Virus record (IMG/VR): IMGVR_UViG_3300020365_000001
DNA: 64,000 bases
Source of the DNA: a virus
Lineage: Duplodnaviria > Caudoviricetes
Direction: 5' to 3' (one strand)
A program made the translations under genes and the position numbers. Shown here piece after piece: positions 10,483 to 19,785 of this stretch. The notes beneath the pieces were generated by a model. That model worked only from the letters and a program-made list of their open reading frames with translations, was not told where the DNA came from and made no database searches. Numbering within the stretch: position 1 is the first letter of the stretch; every line of letters starts with the position of its first letter.

Positions 10483-11019
10483 GAATGAATCGTATTTGTT
10501 ATGGGTAATAACGTTGATGTTGATCGCGATCCGATAGTCCTTGGTTTTTGAAGGCAACGGAGAGTGATAATAAGTAGCGGGGAAAACTAAAAGTTCGCCC
10601 TCTACTGGACTATGTATGTGTTTTTCACCATCAATTAGAAAAAGAATATCCCCTGAGTCTTTAGGTTTCTTCATATAGAATACCGTAGATAAGTCCCGCG
10701 ATATTTTTTCTGAGATGTGGTTGTGTAAGACACTCACACTTCTCTCCTCATTAGACACGTATGCCCAACAACTTGACGCAAACTTGTCAGGTATTATTGC
10801 AGCAGGATATAACTTCCTAACCTCAGAGACTACGATGTCAAACAAAGGTTGAAAGTATTTCAGGTTACTAGGTACTATATCAAATACGTATTGTCCCTGT
10901 GCGTAGTTTCTCTTACTCCACTTGTGTTGCAGTATTAGTTTACGGTATAGATCAGTATCGATCCAGTCAGTACCGATGTTGGTGTAGTGTATTGAGTCTG
11001 AGAAATCAACGCTCTTCAA
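10465..11019 (-). CDS. 2OG-Fe(II) oxygenase-like protein
   Basis: HNH, STVFY, GELLVFPATYYH, RIAININ. Confidence 0.75.
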   Translation of the reverse strand: MKSVDFSDSIHYTNIGTDWIDTDLYRKLILQHKWSKRNYAQGQYVFDIVPSNLKYFQPLFDIVVSEVRKLYPAAIIPDKFASSCWAYVSNEERSVSVLHNHISEKISRDLSTVFYMKKPKDSGDILFLIDGEKHIHSPVEGELLVFPATYYHSPLPSKTKDYRIAININVITHNKYDSFLTRGV

Positions 11020-11251
11020 AGTTTAGTTTCCTCACCTTACGATTCCTACGCTCTTCTTGGAACGCAAGATCTTGTCGGGTAAATCCTTGCTTACTTTCTT
11101 TCTTGGTAATGTAAGTAACCAGATCAAGATCCATAGCAGTGATTACATCACTACGGACTGAAGCAGCGTTAGGACAACCACAGAATACAGGTTTGCCATC
11201 GTAATTTAGTTCAACACCACATTGTAGGCATTGAATACTAATGTTAGTCAT
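11006..11251 (-). CDS. Hypothetical protein with CxxC...CGC (possible Zn ribbon)
   Basis: CLQC and CGCPN; C-terminal RKVRKLNFEER. Confidence 0.7.
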   Translation of the reverse strand: MTNISIQCLQCGVELNYDGKPVFCGCPNAASVRSDVITAMDLDLVTYITKKESKQGFTRQDLAFQEERRNRKVRKLNFEER

Positions 11252-11750
11252 TGCTCTTACAGAAAATTTGTACGGACATTCTTACTTGTGCTTGTTCACC
11301 ACCGATTATGGGTGATACAGCATGTCTTTCGTGATTATTATTTACTATCATCATGTTCTCTACAGGAGAGATACTCTTTAGTTCGTCAGTGTCTTTGTCT
11401 TTCCACATGAAAACTCCACCCAACTCAGGTACCCATGTATTCAGATACAAAGTTCCTCCTGCATCATTACCACCATCATCATGCCAGTTGATACCTGAAC
11501 CAGGTAACCACACATGATAATTTACATTTGTAATTGGACTACGGAAGTATTGGTTTAGCGATACCTTGATCTCATTGATGACTTCTGCTGATGGTTTTGT
11601 GGATAAACAGTAATTACGCATTCCCTTAGTAAGGGACTGCCCCCATTTCCATTTACTAAAACCCCATACATCCAGTTTCTGGCGAGAGTGAATCTCTCTA
11701 ATACATTTCGCCACCAAGTCAGAAGATACTGCATCATGAATGAGTTGCAT
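11244..11750 (-). CDS. 2OG-Fe(II) oxygenase, prolyl-hydroxylase-like
   Basis: INWHDD, TLYLN, GGVF, HAVSP, RMSVQIF. Confidence 0.8.
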   Translation of the reverse strand: MQLIHDAVSSDLVAKCIREIHSRQKLDVWGFSKWKWGQSLTKGMRNYCLSTKPSAEVINEIKVSLNQYFRSPITNVNYHVWLPGSGINWHDDGGNDAGGTLYLNTWVPELGGVFMWKDKDTDELKSISPVENMMIVNNNHERHAVSPIIGGEQAQVRMSVQIFCKSND

Positions 11751-12390
11751 TGGCGATTTCTTCCAAGTTTTTATTGAAGATTTCTAAACCAGCATCAGTC
11801 AACACATGCTTGTACATCTTTTCAAATACAGCAGGTGGCATAGTGACAATGTGAGCACCGTTGTAGAAGGCACGGGTTACTTTATAAACATCTCTGAGAG
11901 ATGCAGCGAGGATCTTAGTCCGCACATTTTGTACTCGGTAAACTTCTGCGATGGAACGAACTACTTCCAATCCAGCAACCGAGTTGTCATCTAATCTACC
12001 AATGAAGGGGGAAACATATGTAGCACCAGACTTGGCAGCCAGGATTGCCTGTGCTGCGGAGAAGATCAACGTAACGTTGACTCTAATCAAGTCCTTAGTA
12101 AGTTCCTTACATACCCAAAGACCATCTGGAGTACAAGGAACCTTGATCGTTGCTACTGCACCATATTTTTTTGCAAGTCGCCGACCTTCTTCAAGCATTT
12201 CCATGGCATTACCACCAACTTCCATGCTGATATCAGTCAACCCCATCTCTGCAAGTTCAGCATACACATCATCAGGACACTTCCCACTCCTGACCATAAG
12301 TGTAGGGTTTGTTGTAACACCATCGATCATACCAGTAGGCAGATGACGATTGATAATTTCAGTGTCGGCAGTATCAAGAAAAATTTGCAT
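11734..12390 (-). CDS. talC: Transaldolase (TalC type)
   Basis: FLDTAD, GVTTNPTL, IKVP, NVTLIFS, YVSPFIGRLDD. Confidence 0.95.
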   Translation of the reverse strand: MQIFLDTADTEIINRHLPTGMIDGVTTNPTLMVRSGKCPDDVYAELAEMGLTDISMEVGGNAMEMLEEGRRLAKKYGAVATIKVPCTPDGLWVCKELTKDLIRVNVTLIFSAAQAILAAKSGATYVSPFIGRLDDNSVAGLEVVRSIAEVYRVQNVRTKILAASLRDVYKVTRAFYNGAHIVTMPPAVFEKMYKHVLTDAGLEIFNKNLEEIANATHS

Positions 12391-12426
12391 GGCAATAAAT
12401 AACCTTCCATTGTATATAGCATCGGA

Positions 12427-12433
12427 CTAAATA
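12427..12433 (+). promoter_or_regulatory. Late (gp55) promoter-like CTAAATA for the plus-strand operon
   Basis: CTAAATA about 25 nt upstream of ATG 12458. Confidence 0.55.
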
Positions 12434-12457
12434 AGTTCAGACTGTGTAATTTACCAA

Positions 12458-12967
12458 ATGAAAAGAGTCCTTTTTGCAGTTGCGTTAGTGGGGTCCGCCT
12501 TCGCACTGCCAGCAAAGGCAGACTTGATTCATCGCATGACTACCTCTACCCAACTGACTGTTGATGCTGCGGCATCTCAGGCTACTCGGATTGGATCTAC
12601 GTATTCTACCAGTGGTAATAACATTACTGCATCCACCTTCGGCGGTCTTACTGCTGCCACTGGTGACAATGCATTGACTGCCCCTGCCACTATGACGGAT
12701 GGCACCTATGCCATGACTACAGCAGGTAGTGCGTATAGTTTTTCAGAATCTTTCACTATGGGTGATTCTGTAAATACTGCGGGAACAACTGTCAATACAG
12801 GTGTTGTACCTGCACTGCCCGCTTTCGGGTCGGTGACGACTTCAAGCGGCGGTGTGGCTGGCGATCTAGCTGGAACGATTACGACGGCGGGCGCTGTTAC
12901 TTTGACCGCTGGCGGAGCTGGCACAAGTGCTACCGGACAATTCGTGTCCGAGGTGACGGTGAAATGA
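12458..12967 (+). CDS. Secreted-type Thr/Ser/Gly-rich hypothetical protein
   Basis: Signal-like N-terminus MKRVLFAVALVGSAFALPAKA; low-complexity beta-type body. Confidence 0.85.
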   Translation: MKRVLFAVALVGSAFALPAKADLIHRMTTSTQLTVDAAASQATRIGSTYSTSGNNITASTFGGLTAATGDNALTAPATMTDGTYAMTTAGSAYSFSESFTMGDSVNTAGTTVNTGVVPALPAFGSVTTSSGGVAGDLAGTITTAGAVTLTAGGAGTSATGQFVSEVTVK

Positions 12968-12970
12968 CCA

Positions 12971-13417
12971 ATGCCAAAACTAGCACTTGCTCTGGTTGCG
13001 ATTGTAACTGTCCTTGCAAATGCAAGGAGTGCAAAGTCTGTTCCTGTGGTGCCTAATTTTACACAAGGAAGTATGACTAGTCACACGGAAACAACTTCCA
13101 CGGTGACTGAAACTATCAACAGCATAGACTATGCTACAGGTTGGACCTATAGCGTGACAGGAAATAATGTTCAACATAATGGAAGCAGTATCTCACCTGA
13201 TGCTGGTTCAACCCCTAGTAATACTTTGAATGGCGTGACATCAACATGGACAGGATTAGATCTGGATCAAAAACCGGACTGGACATTGACAACTCCCGGA
13301 GCAGCGTTCCAATTCACGGAACACTACTCAGGTCCGGGCATGGCAACACAAACGATTATACAAAGAACCACAACCATAAACTCGGTCACAGATACTACAA
13401 GTATTTTCTCGCAGTAG
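12971..13417 (+). CDS. Secreted-type Thr-rich hypothetical protein
   Basis: Signal-like N-terminus, then VPVVPNFTQGSMTSHTET. Confidence 0.85.
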   Translation: MPKLALALVAIVTVLANARSAKSVPVVPNFTQGSMTSHTETTSTVTETINSIDYATGWTYSVTGNNVQHNGSSISPDAGSTPSNTLNGVTSTWTGLDLDQKPDWTLTTPGAAFQFTEHYSGPGMATQTIIQRTTTINSVTDTTSIFSQ

Positions 13418-14136
13418 TTCTTGGTTTAGGTAACATAGCACCTGCCCTCGCCAACACAGATGTTGGTGGGGTAAGTGCTACTGCAAACCCTGTGGCAAAT
13501 AGCTCTGGCTCAGTGACCAACCAAGCTATCCAGGTATTACAAGGCCCATATATTACCAATACTTATGGAGGAGGGATCAGTTGCCAAGGTCCCACTATGA
13601 ATATAACCCCATTCGTTACGGGATCACTATCCCAAACACACCCATACGAATCAACATTTGATGATCCCGTGTATGACATGAGGGATCTAGATGATGATGG
13701 TGCTCCCGATAATCCTGGCTCGATTTTATATTACGTTCCGACGAGAACAGGACAGAAAAATAATAGTAATATATCCCTTGGTTTCAGTGCCACTTGGTCT
13801 AGACCAATGGACAGACAACTACAAGATCAATGTAAGAAAGCAGCAGCAACACAAATTGCATTGCAAGAACAGATGACTGCCAATAAGAGATTAGATTTTG
13901 AGATCGCGAGACTCAAGAATTGTGGAGAATTGATAAAGGCAGGAATCATGTTCCACCCTAGGAGTGAGTATGCGAAGATATGTGAAGACGTTATAGTATT
14001 GAATAAGAACTACGTCGTACCACACCGTCACTCTATTCCTTCCCCTTCAACTTCCGAATCGCGTGGGAACGGATCCGCTGCTGATCTCGGCGGTCCCTTA
14101 CAGACTCGGGGGGAATCTTCTTCTTCCTCAAAGTAG
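13246..14136 (+). CDS. Secreted-type hypothetical protein with Cys residues; start uncertain
   Basis: Long ORF; internal signal-like FLAVVLGLGNIAPALA; GGVSATANP; RLDFEIARLKNC. Confidence 0.8.
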   Translation: MDRIRSGSKTGLDIDNSRSSVPIHGTLLRSGHGNTNDYTKNHNHKLGHRYYKYFLAVVLGLGNIAPALANTDVGGVSATANPVANSSGSVTNQAIQVLQGPYITNTYGGGISCQGPTMNITPFVTGSLSQTHPYESTFDDPVYDMRDLDDDGAPDNPGSILYYVPTRTGQKNNSNISLGFSATWSRPMDRQLQDQCKKAAATQIALQEQMTANKRLDFEIARLKNCGELIKAGIMFHPRSEYAKICEDVIVLNKNYVVPHRHSIPSPSTSESRGNGSAADLGGPLQTRGESSSSSK

Positions 14137-14800
14137 CAATCTTTTTGATAATCTTTTTGACTGTTGGTTTGACTGCTTTCAGTACCAGATCTGCTAAGGG
14201 TTTTGCCAACAGTGCTGACGTGGTAGCAACAACAGCAATACTAGCAGTGGTAGTAACTGATGCTGGAGAAGGTATTGCTTTGACGATTTGATCTGGAATA
14301 CTAAGTTCAACCTTGACAGGTATACACTCCTTTCCAACCAATTTATACTCAGTAATTTTTTTACTACCACCATCAGTCAGGGTACCTACAGGTTCTTTCA
14401 ACTCCTGTGCTTCTGTAGGGCACCTAGGAATTTCTGTGGGTGGTGTTGGAGGAGTCTCTGGTGGGTCTGGTGCTGCAACAGGAGGAACTTTCTGATCTTT
14501 CTGAAATATCAGATCCTCTTTATTATAATCTAGGGGAGTGAAGGATGGTGTATCTGCATCACAGAACACCCTGACACCTCTAGGATCATCGTCAGGTAAG
14601 TTCTGCTGCTTGTCATCATCAATGTGTGCCTCTACACATCCAGGCACGTTTACAATCGGAGTACCAATCTCTACGGTTACCGGTGGTGCTGATTGCTGAA
14701 CCGATGGTGCCCGTACATTGTTGTCAAATATTCTATTTACATCAGGAATGTCAAGTTTGCGGACCCTAATGGGTCTCACCTGAATATCAATGGGGTCCAT
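14033..14800 (-). CDS. Pro-rich membrane-anchored hypothetical protein
   Basis: VPGCVEAH, Pro-rich linker, hydrophobic segment, basic tail; converges on the plus-strand trio. Confidence 0.8.
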   Translation of the reverse strand: MDPIDIQVRPIRVRKLDIPDVNRIFDNNVRAPSVQQSAPPVTVEIGTPIVNVPGCVEAHIDDDKQQNLPDDDPRGVRVFCDADTPSFTPLDYNKEDLIFQKDQKVPPVAAPDPPETPPTPPTEIPRCPTEAQELKEPVGTLTDGGSKKITEYKLVGKECIPVKVELSIPDQIVKAIPSPASVTTTASIAVVATTSALLAKPLADLVLKAVKPTVKKIIKKIATLRKKKIPPESVRDRRDQQRIRSHAIRKLKGKE

Positions 14801-14930
14801 TTTCGCGGACATCAATACCAAGTATATAGTAGACGACATAGAAAACTCCCGCCAGGAGCAGTATGATCGAGAAGATCACACTCCAGACGGGATCGTTTAC
14901 ATCTTGAAGGGGACGTAGTACGAGGTTCAT
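14787..14930 (-). CDS. Small membrane protein (47 aa)
   Basis: Hand-translated MNLVLRPLQDVNDPVWSVIFSIILLLAGVFYVVYYILGID...; ATGA-coupled to gnd. Confidence 0.7.
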   Translation of the reverse strand: MNLVLRPLQDVNDPVWSVIFSIILLLAGVFYVVYYILGIDVRENGPH

Positions 14931-15991
14931 CTCACGTCATGTCCACCAAACATTGCTCGCATACCGTTCAGTATCTTGAAAGCGAAAGCCCCCAGGCGAC
15001 GCGACCCAAAACGCTCAAACAACGCCGTACTAATAACAGGAGTGGGGACACCCAGATCGACAGCGGCATGAACAGTCCAACGACCCTCACCGCTATCGGA
15101 TACCCCTCCATCGAAATTATCAAGCTCTGTATTGCCACGAAGTACATCCGCAGTAAGGTCAAGTAACCAACTGCCAACCACGCTACCGCGACGCCACAAC
15201 TCAGCCACTTCAGCAACGTCAATGTCGTAGCAGTAATCTTCTGGGTGCTCCATAGGAGCGACCTCTGCGTCTCCTGCTTTGACATACGCACTTCCTGCAT
15301 TTGCTTCGTGAAGAATGTTGAACCCTTCCGCATATGCCTGCATCATACCATACTCAATGCCGTTGTGGACCATCTTGACGAAGTGTCCAGCACCAGGTCC
15401 TCCACAATGCAACCAACCATACTCAGCACTGCGAGTGTAGTCTAGAGGATCAGTTCGTGGTGCGGCACTGAGACCAGGTGCGAGTGCCCTAAAGATAGGA
15501 GAGCAGATGGATACTGCGCCACTTGAACCACCAACCATAAGACAGTATCCACGGTCCAGACCGTAGACACCACCACTAGTGCCACAGTCAATATACGCGA
15601 TGCCAAGTTTAGATAATCTTTCGGCCCTTTTGCGAGAGTCCTTGAAATTGCTATTCCCGTGATCAATAATGATATCTCCAGAACTACAAAAACGTAATAG
15701 CTCATCGATAGTTTCCTCTACAGTTTCAGCAGGTACAACCATCATGAAGATGCCTGGTTGTTCTGTGATGACAGTCTCTCCAGACTTCTCACCATAGATG
15801 CTCTTTGTTTCTTTGACTACTTGAACAAGGCTTTCCACAGAAGTGGTATATCCACTGATATAACCCGCTTCATATTGGTCGTTAGCTTTTTGAACATTGT
15901 TTCTGTAACCCCATACTTCGATGTCGGCGTTCATCATGCGGCGGGACATACCCTCACCCATGCGACCAAGACCAATGATTCCAACTTTCAT
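14927..15991 (-). CDS. gnd: 6-phosphogluconate dehydrogenase (short type)
   Basis: GLGRMG, IIDHGNS, DCGTSGG, GHFVKMVHNGIEYG, DSGEGRW. Confidence 0.95.
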   Translation of the reverse strand: MKVGIIGLGRMGEGMSRRMMNADIEVWGYRNNVQKANDQYEAGYISGYTTSVESLVQVVKETKSIYGEKSGETVITEQPGIFMMVVPAETVEETIDELLRFCSSGDIIIDHGNSNFKDSRKRAERLSKLGIAYIDCGTSGGVYGLDRGYCLMVGGSSGAVSICSPIFRALAPGLSAAPRTDPLDYTRSAEYGWLHCGGPGAGHFVKMVHNGIEYGMMQAYAEGFNILHEANAGSAYVKAGDAEVAPMEHPEDYCYDIDVAEVAELWRRGSVVGSWLLDLTADVLRGNTELDNFDGGVSDSGEGRWTVHAAVDLGVPTPVISTALFERFGSRRLGAFAFKILNGMRAMFGGHDVR

Positions 15992-16212
15992 GATTGAATT
16001 TTTTCTAATACTTCCTGAACAACTTCTTTGATGATACTAACATCAATCCCCAGGAAGGGTGGGATCATGCCAATGGTTCTAAAAAATCCGTCAACAAATA
16101 GTGCTAGGAAAATAATACCTAGGACCATGCTGATCATTGAGGCATTGCGATTGTGCTGAGTGATAGCAGCATCAATCATCTGCTGGACTTCCTCCTTTGT
16201 GGGGTTTGTCAT
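15988..16212 (-). CDS. Small membrane protein
   Basis: MTNPTKEEVQQMIDAAITQHNRNAS followed by a TM segment; start re-chosen. Confidence 0.65.
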   Translation of the reverse strand: MTNPTKEEVQQMIDAAITQHNRNASMISMVLGIIFLALFVDGFFRTIGMIPPFLGIDVSIIKEVVQEVLEKIQS

Positions 16213-16378
16213 GTGAGTTGAATGGTTCCCAATGTTCCCAACCATATTTGTGAACTGCCCACATACCCAGGATGGGTACGAAGACTAGTAGAGAGGACAA
16301 TAAACCTAAAGAATATTGGTTATTTAGAACCAATGCAGAGAGTCTCCCTGCCGTGTGTGCTATTCCGGATAATCCCAT
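16172..16378 (-). CDS. Small membrane protein
   Basis: TM segment then VHKYGWEHWEPF; fills the zwf-gnd gap. Confidence 0.6.
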   Translation of the reverse strand: MGLSGIAHTAGRLSALVLNNQYSLGLLSSLLVFVPILGMWAVHKYGWEHWEPFNSHDKPHKGGSPADD

Positions 16379-17709
16379 TTGGTGATGAAATCAGTCTTAT
16401 GAACTGGACCCCAGGCACCTTCATGGTAAAGATAGGGACTTGTCCTCACAGCACAATTATCGCCGGTGCAGAGCAATTCGTCAACGATTCGCCAGGATTC
16501 CAACACTTCTTCTGAATGAACAAAGTGAGACTGGTCTCCGTTGATTGCATCATAAAGAAGTTTTTCATATCCATCTACGCCCAACCAATCAGGATAGCGG
16601 TGGGTGAGTGTTGCAAGTTCAACCTTATCACCAAGTCCAGGAGACTTCACATCAATCTGGATATCAAGGTGAGCATGTGGTTGAAGACGCATCACAATAC
16701 GTCCAGGAGTTTCACCCTCAAACAATGATGACAGTGGAGGGGTCTTGAGTTTGATTACAACCTCCACACACTTGTAGGGCATCTTCTTACCAGTCAGGTA
16801 ATAGAAAGGAACCCCTTGCCACCTCCAGTTATCGATGTACAAGTCACCCGCAACAAAGGTTTGGGTATTAGACTCTGGTCCAACTCCCTGCTCCTCACGA
16901 TAACCTTCATACTGACCAGTAATAAACTTCTTACCAAGGCGAGTGGCAGAAAGTAGTTTTACTTTTTCTCTACGAACTTCTGTAGCATCCATACGACATG
17001 GTGCTTCCATAGCAATCAGTGCCAGGACTTGCAGCATGTGGTTCTGGAGCATGTCTCTCACGACACCAGCAGTGTCATAGTATTGTGAGCGACCATCACA
17101 ACCAATAGTTTCAGATGCAAAGATCTGTACTTCTTCTACGTAATTGCGGTTCCATAGAGGTTCCAGCAGAACGTTGCCAAACCGAGTAGCAAGAATATTG
17201 TTGACAGTATCTTTACCAAGATAATGGTCAATGCGATAGACTTGTTTTTCGCGTAGATATCTCCCAACCACAGACTGTAGATGATTAGCAGATTCAAGAT
17301 TGTACCCAAAGGGTTTCTCGATAACCACTCTGGAGTGGTCTGGGTCGTCAAGGAATCCTGCTTCTTTGAGATTGATGATAGCATTCTCATATCGTTCAGG
17401 CGGGACTGACAAGAAGTACGTAGTTTCTACAGTTTCATCATGGAGAGCATGAAGACTTTCTTGGCAATCCAAGTCAGCACATTGGAAGTCCAACCAATGT
17501 GTGAAGTCTTGAGGATACTCTCCTAAAAGTTCTAACCATTGATGTCGAGTGTACTCACGACGAGAACACCCGACAACTAAAAGATTCTCCGGCAGTAATT
17601 GCTTACGCCACAACTGGAACAGTGCTGGAATCAGTTTTCTTTTACAAAGATCACCAGTCGCACCAAAGATAACGATGCGTTTACTAATGTGCTGTTCCGT
17701 TTCCATCAT
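16360..17709 (-). CDS. zwf: Glucose-6-phosphate 1-dehydrogenase
   Basis: GATGDL, EKPFG, RIDHYLGK, DMLQNH; start set at MMETEQ because ndhP occupies the upstream region. Confidence 0.95.
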   Translation of the reverse strand: MMETEQHISKRIVIFGATGDLCKRKLIPALFQLWRKQLLPENLLVVGCSRREYTRHQWLELLGEYPQDFTHWLDFQCADLDCQESLHALHDETVETTYFLSVPPERYENAIINLKEAGFLDDPDHSRVVIEKPFGYNLESANHLQSVVGRYLREKQVYRIDHYLGKDTVNNILATRFGNVLLEPLWNRNYVEEVQIFASETIGCDGRSQYYDTAGVVRDMLQNHMLQVLALIAMEAPCRMDATEVRREKVKLLSATRLGKKFITGQYEGYREEQGVGPESNTQTFVAGDLYIDNWRWQGVPFYYLTGKKMPYKCVEVVIKLKTPPLSSLFEGETPGRIVMRLQPHAHLDIQIDVKSPGLGDKVELATLTHRYPDWLGVDGYEKLLYDAINGDQSHFVHSEEVLESWRIVDELLCTGDNCAVRTSPYLYHEGAWGPVHKTDFITKWDYPE

Positions 17710-17815
17710 AATTTTCGGAGTCGTAGTAGACATTTTCACCTTTTCGTATCCCGAAATATATCGTGGATAGTACAAAGGGTATTGCTGTCCAAATAAGGAC
17801 ATCAGAGAAGGTCAC
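17684..17815 (-). CDS. ndhP: NDH-1L subunit NdhP-like small membrane protein (43 aa)
   Basis: Hand-translated MTFSDVLIWTAIPFVLSTIYFGIRKGENVYYDSENYDGNGTAH; single TM plus the YD..Y.GNG.AH tail of cyanobacterial NdhP; GTGA-coupled. Confidence 0.8.
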   Translation of the reverse strand: MTFSDVLIWTAIPFVLSTIYFGIRKGENVYYDSENYDGNGTAH

Positions 17816-18306
17816 GATTTTTTAGGAGGTACAACGGGAGGTTCCCCGGATGCAGTGTTGGTTCCAATGGTCAGTGGTGCTTGTTCAATACGAATGGTCT
17901 GTGCCGGAGCAGTACGTGCTGCTGCTTCAATAAGGCGTTCCATATCTGCCTTACTGATGCCGCCACCGCCACCATTCATAGCACCTTTCTTAGCAGTCTG
18001 AACCCCGAACGTAGCTAAAACCCCAGTAAAGACACTGGCGATAAAGGTCGGATCGAGATCCTGCTTAGGCATCTTGAATGCTTCAGGCAGATCTACATAT
18101 GCCAGAGTAAGAATACCACCAGACCAGATAAGGATACCCAGACGGACTAGCGTAGACAACGCTGCCATCTTCTCATCAGGATCCTTATCATCGTCTTCTT
18201 TCTTGGATTTTGCTTTGTCTTCGGGTTTCTTTTTACCGAAGGGCAACCAACCAGTCTTTTCTTTCTCGTCCTTAGGGGGAGGAGAAGCCGGTCCTTTCTC
18301 AGTCAT
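17812..18306 (-). CDS. Two-TM hypothetical membrane protein
   Basis: VRLGILIWSGGILTL and DPTFIASVFTG; CTAAATA at 18328-18334. Confidence 0.8.
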   Translation of the reverse strand: MTEKGPASPPPKDEKEKTGWLPFGKKKPEDKAKSKKEDDDKDPDEKMAALSTLVRLGILIWSGGILTLAYVDLPEAFKMPKQDLDPTFIASVFTGVLATFGVQTAKKGAMNGGGGGISKADMERLIEAAARTAPAQTIRIEQAPLTIGTNTASGEPPVVPPKKS

Positions 18307-18330
18307 ATGCCAGGATAAGTCTGGCTATAT

Positions 18331-18582
18331 TTAGAACGGTACTGGTCCTCCAGTGAGTTTGGCCTTAGGTGCAGGCACGGGAGGAAGGACACCACCGGTA
18401 GTCTTTGGCAGTCCACCACCGTTGAATTTACTAACGATAGCGTCCTGAACGCCCTTGGTTACTTGTGCTTTGATGTTGTCTCGGATATTGTCACGATTCA
18501 CATACACATAACCAGCAGTGCCTACGACACCTACGCTAGTAATGAATGAGAACACTGACATGAGACTAAGAATTTTCTGCAT
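18331..18582 (-). CDS. Membrane-anchored hypothetical protein
   Basis: N-terminal TM, Pro/Gly-rich C-terminus. Confidence 0.7.
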   Translation of the reverse strand: MQKILSLMSVFSFITSVGVVGTAGYVYVNRDNIRDNIKAQVTKGVQDAIVSKFNGGGLPKTTGGVLPPVPAPKAKLTGGPVPF

Positions 18583-18802
18583 GTTCCTCAATAGGAGTTA
18601 GTGTGTACAAAGTTTCTGCACGATTACGAATGTAATTCTGGAAGTGTTGTTCAAGTCCAATGGTTGTTTTGTTACCCTGACTTACCCAGTCATGACAGAA
18701 CTCATACACAAGTCTGCAATGATCATTTAGGTGATGAGACAATGCACGAAAAACTTCGGCTCGAAGTTGCATGCGTTCTTCAGAGTATCTCCAGTCATTC
18801 AT
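18566..18802 (-). CDS. Conserved cyanophage hypothetical protein
   Basis: MNDWRYSEERM...YEFCHDWVSQG; start re-chosen. Confidence 0.7.
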   Translation of the reverse strand: MNDWRYSEERMQLRAEVFRALSHHLNDHCRLVYEFCHDWVSQGNKTTIGLEQHFQNYIRNRAETLYTLTPIEEHAENS

Positions 18803-19130
18803 GTCGCTGGGATCCAATAAAGCTTTCCGCATCGAGGACAACGAGAGGTCGTCTGCCATTCTTTTTTATAAAGAGGATTGGTTCGTAATCACCAGAGTTG
18901 GCACACGCCTGGTCATATGCATCCCAGACGTTTAGTCTCTCTGTGTTCTTGCATTCTACACTGAAAGGGAACTTTTGTCTAGCTGCACGTGCCATGATGA
19001 TGTCTTCACCACCAGCACCCATAGATCTAGACTCTACATCCTCAGGATGTACTTCCAACATTTCTATAAGTTTAGTTCTAACCCACTGTTGGAGTCTTCT
19101 ACCCTTAGCCTTAGCAGACTGAACCCTCAT
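18795..19130 (-). CDS. PD-(D/E)xK Holliday-junction-resolvase-like endonuclease
   Basis: SAKAKGR, GEDI...SVECKN. Confidence 0.75.
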   Translation of the reverse strand: MRVQSAKAKGRRLQQWVRTKLIEMLEVHPEDVESRSMGAGGEDIIMARAARQKFPFSVECKNTERLNVWDAYDQACANSGDYEPILFIKKNGRRPLVVLDAESFIGSQRHE

Positions 19131-19785
19131 TACCTAGTCGTTCACTTACTATATCTATAACATATTTCGCTATCGTCTTATGACCTTCTACAGAAGGATG
19201 TCCATCGTAAGGTATTCTATCAAAAACTAATCCTGTTCTACTTGATTGCATCCCTAAGTGCATATCATACTTGTTATCAGTTTCGTGAGGGTTCAGCAAT
19301 GTACTAAAGAAAGATCTTTCCAATCGTCCCACAGATGCAAGGTAAGCCTTGAATGAGTTGTATACAACAGTTTCTTGAGTTCTTGCCCCATAATCACTGT
19401 ACATCCTACTAAATCTAAAATCTATCCAATCTGCAAACTTACGTCCATCTACAAGTCCCCACCGTTCTATACATTTAGATTCTAAACCAACATAATCCGA
19501 TAAACTATATCTCATCCACCTTTTCTTTCTATCATCATAAAACTCACCTCTGATAGGAACGGTGGTTTGTAGAAAATAAAAGTCATAAACATTAGTAGTA
19601 GGTTTATGAAACAGGTTTCTCATAACTGTTTCATTACAAGCACCACAAGAAGATGCGTTTATTTCCTCAGCACCAAAGTGATCACAGACCAACTTTGACC
19701 AGCGATATTTGGTGGGGTCAAGGTGAAGTATGTTACCTAATCCACCACCATAGGTGAGGGAGTCCCCATCAAAATAAAATTTCAA
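19111..19785 (-). CDS. SGNH/GDSL hydrolase-like protein (AT-rich insert)
   Basis: FDGDSLTYG near the N-terminus and DGHPSVEGH near the C-terminus; TTG start inferred. Confidence 0.7.
   Translation of the reverse strand: MKFYFDGDSLTYGGGLGNILHLDPTKYRWSKLVCDHFGAEEINASSCGACNETVMRNLFHKPTTNVYDFYFLQTTVPIRGEFYDDRKKRWMRYSLSDYVGLESKCIERWGLVDGRKFADWIDFRFSRMYSDYGARTQETVVYNSFKAYLASVGRLERSFFSTLLNPHETDNKYDMHLGMQSSRTGLVFDRIPYDGHPSVEGHKTIAKYVIDIVSERLGNEGSVC

Noticed and set aside
17710-17802. N-terminal extension of zwf in the ORF track
   Set aside because: The region is better explained by the ndhP-like gene in another frame.
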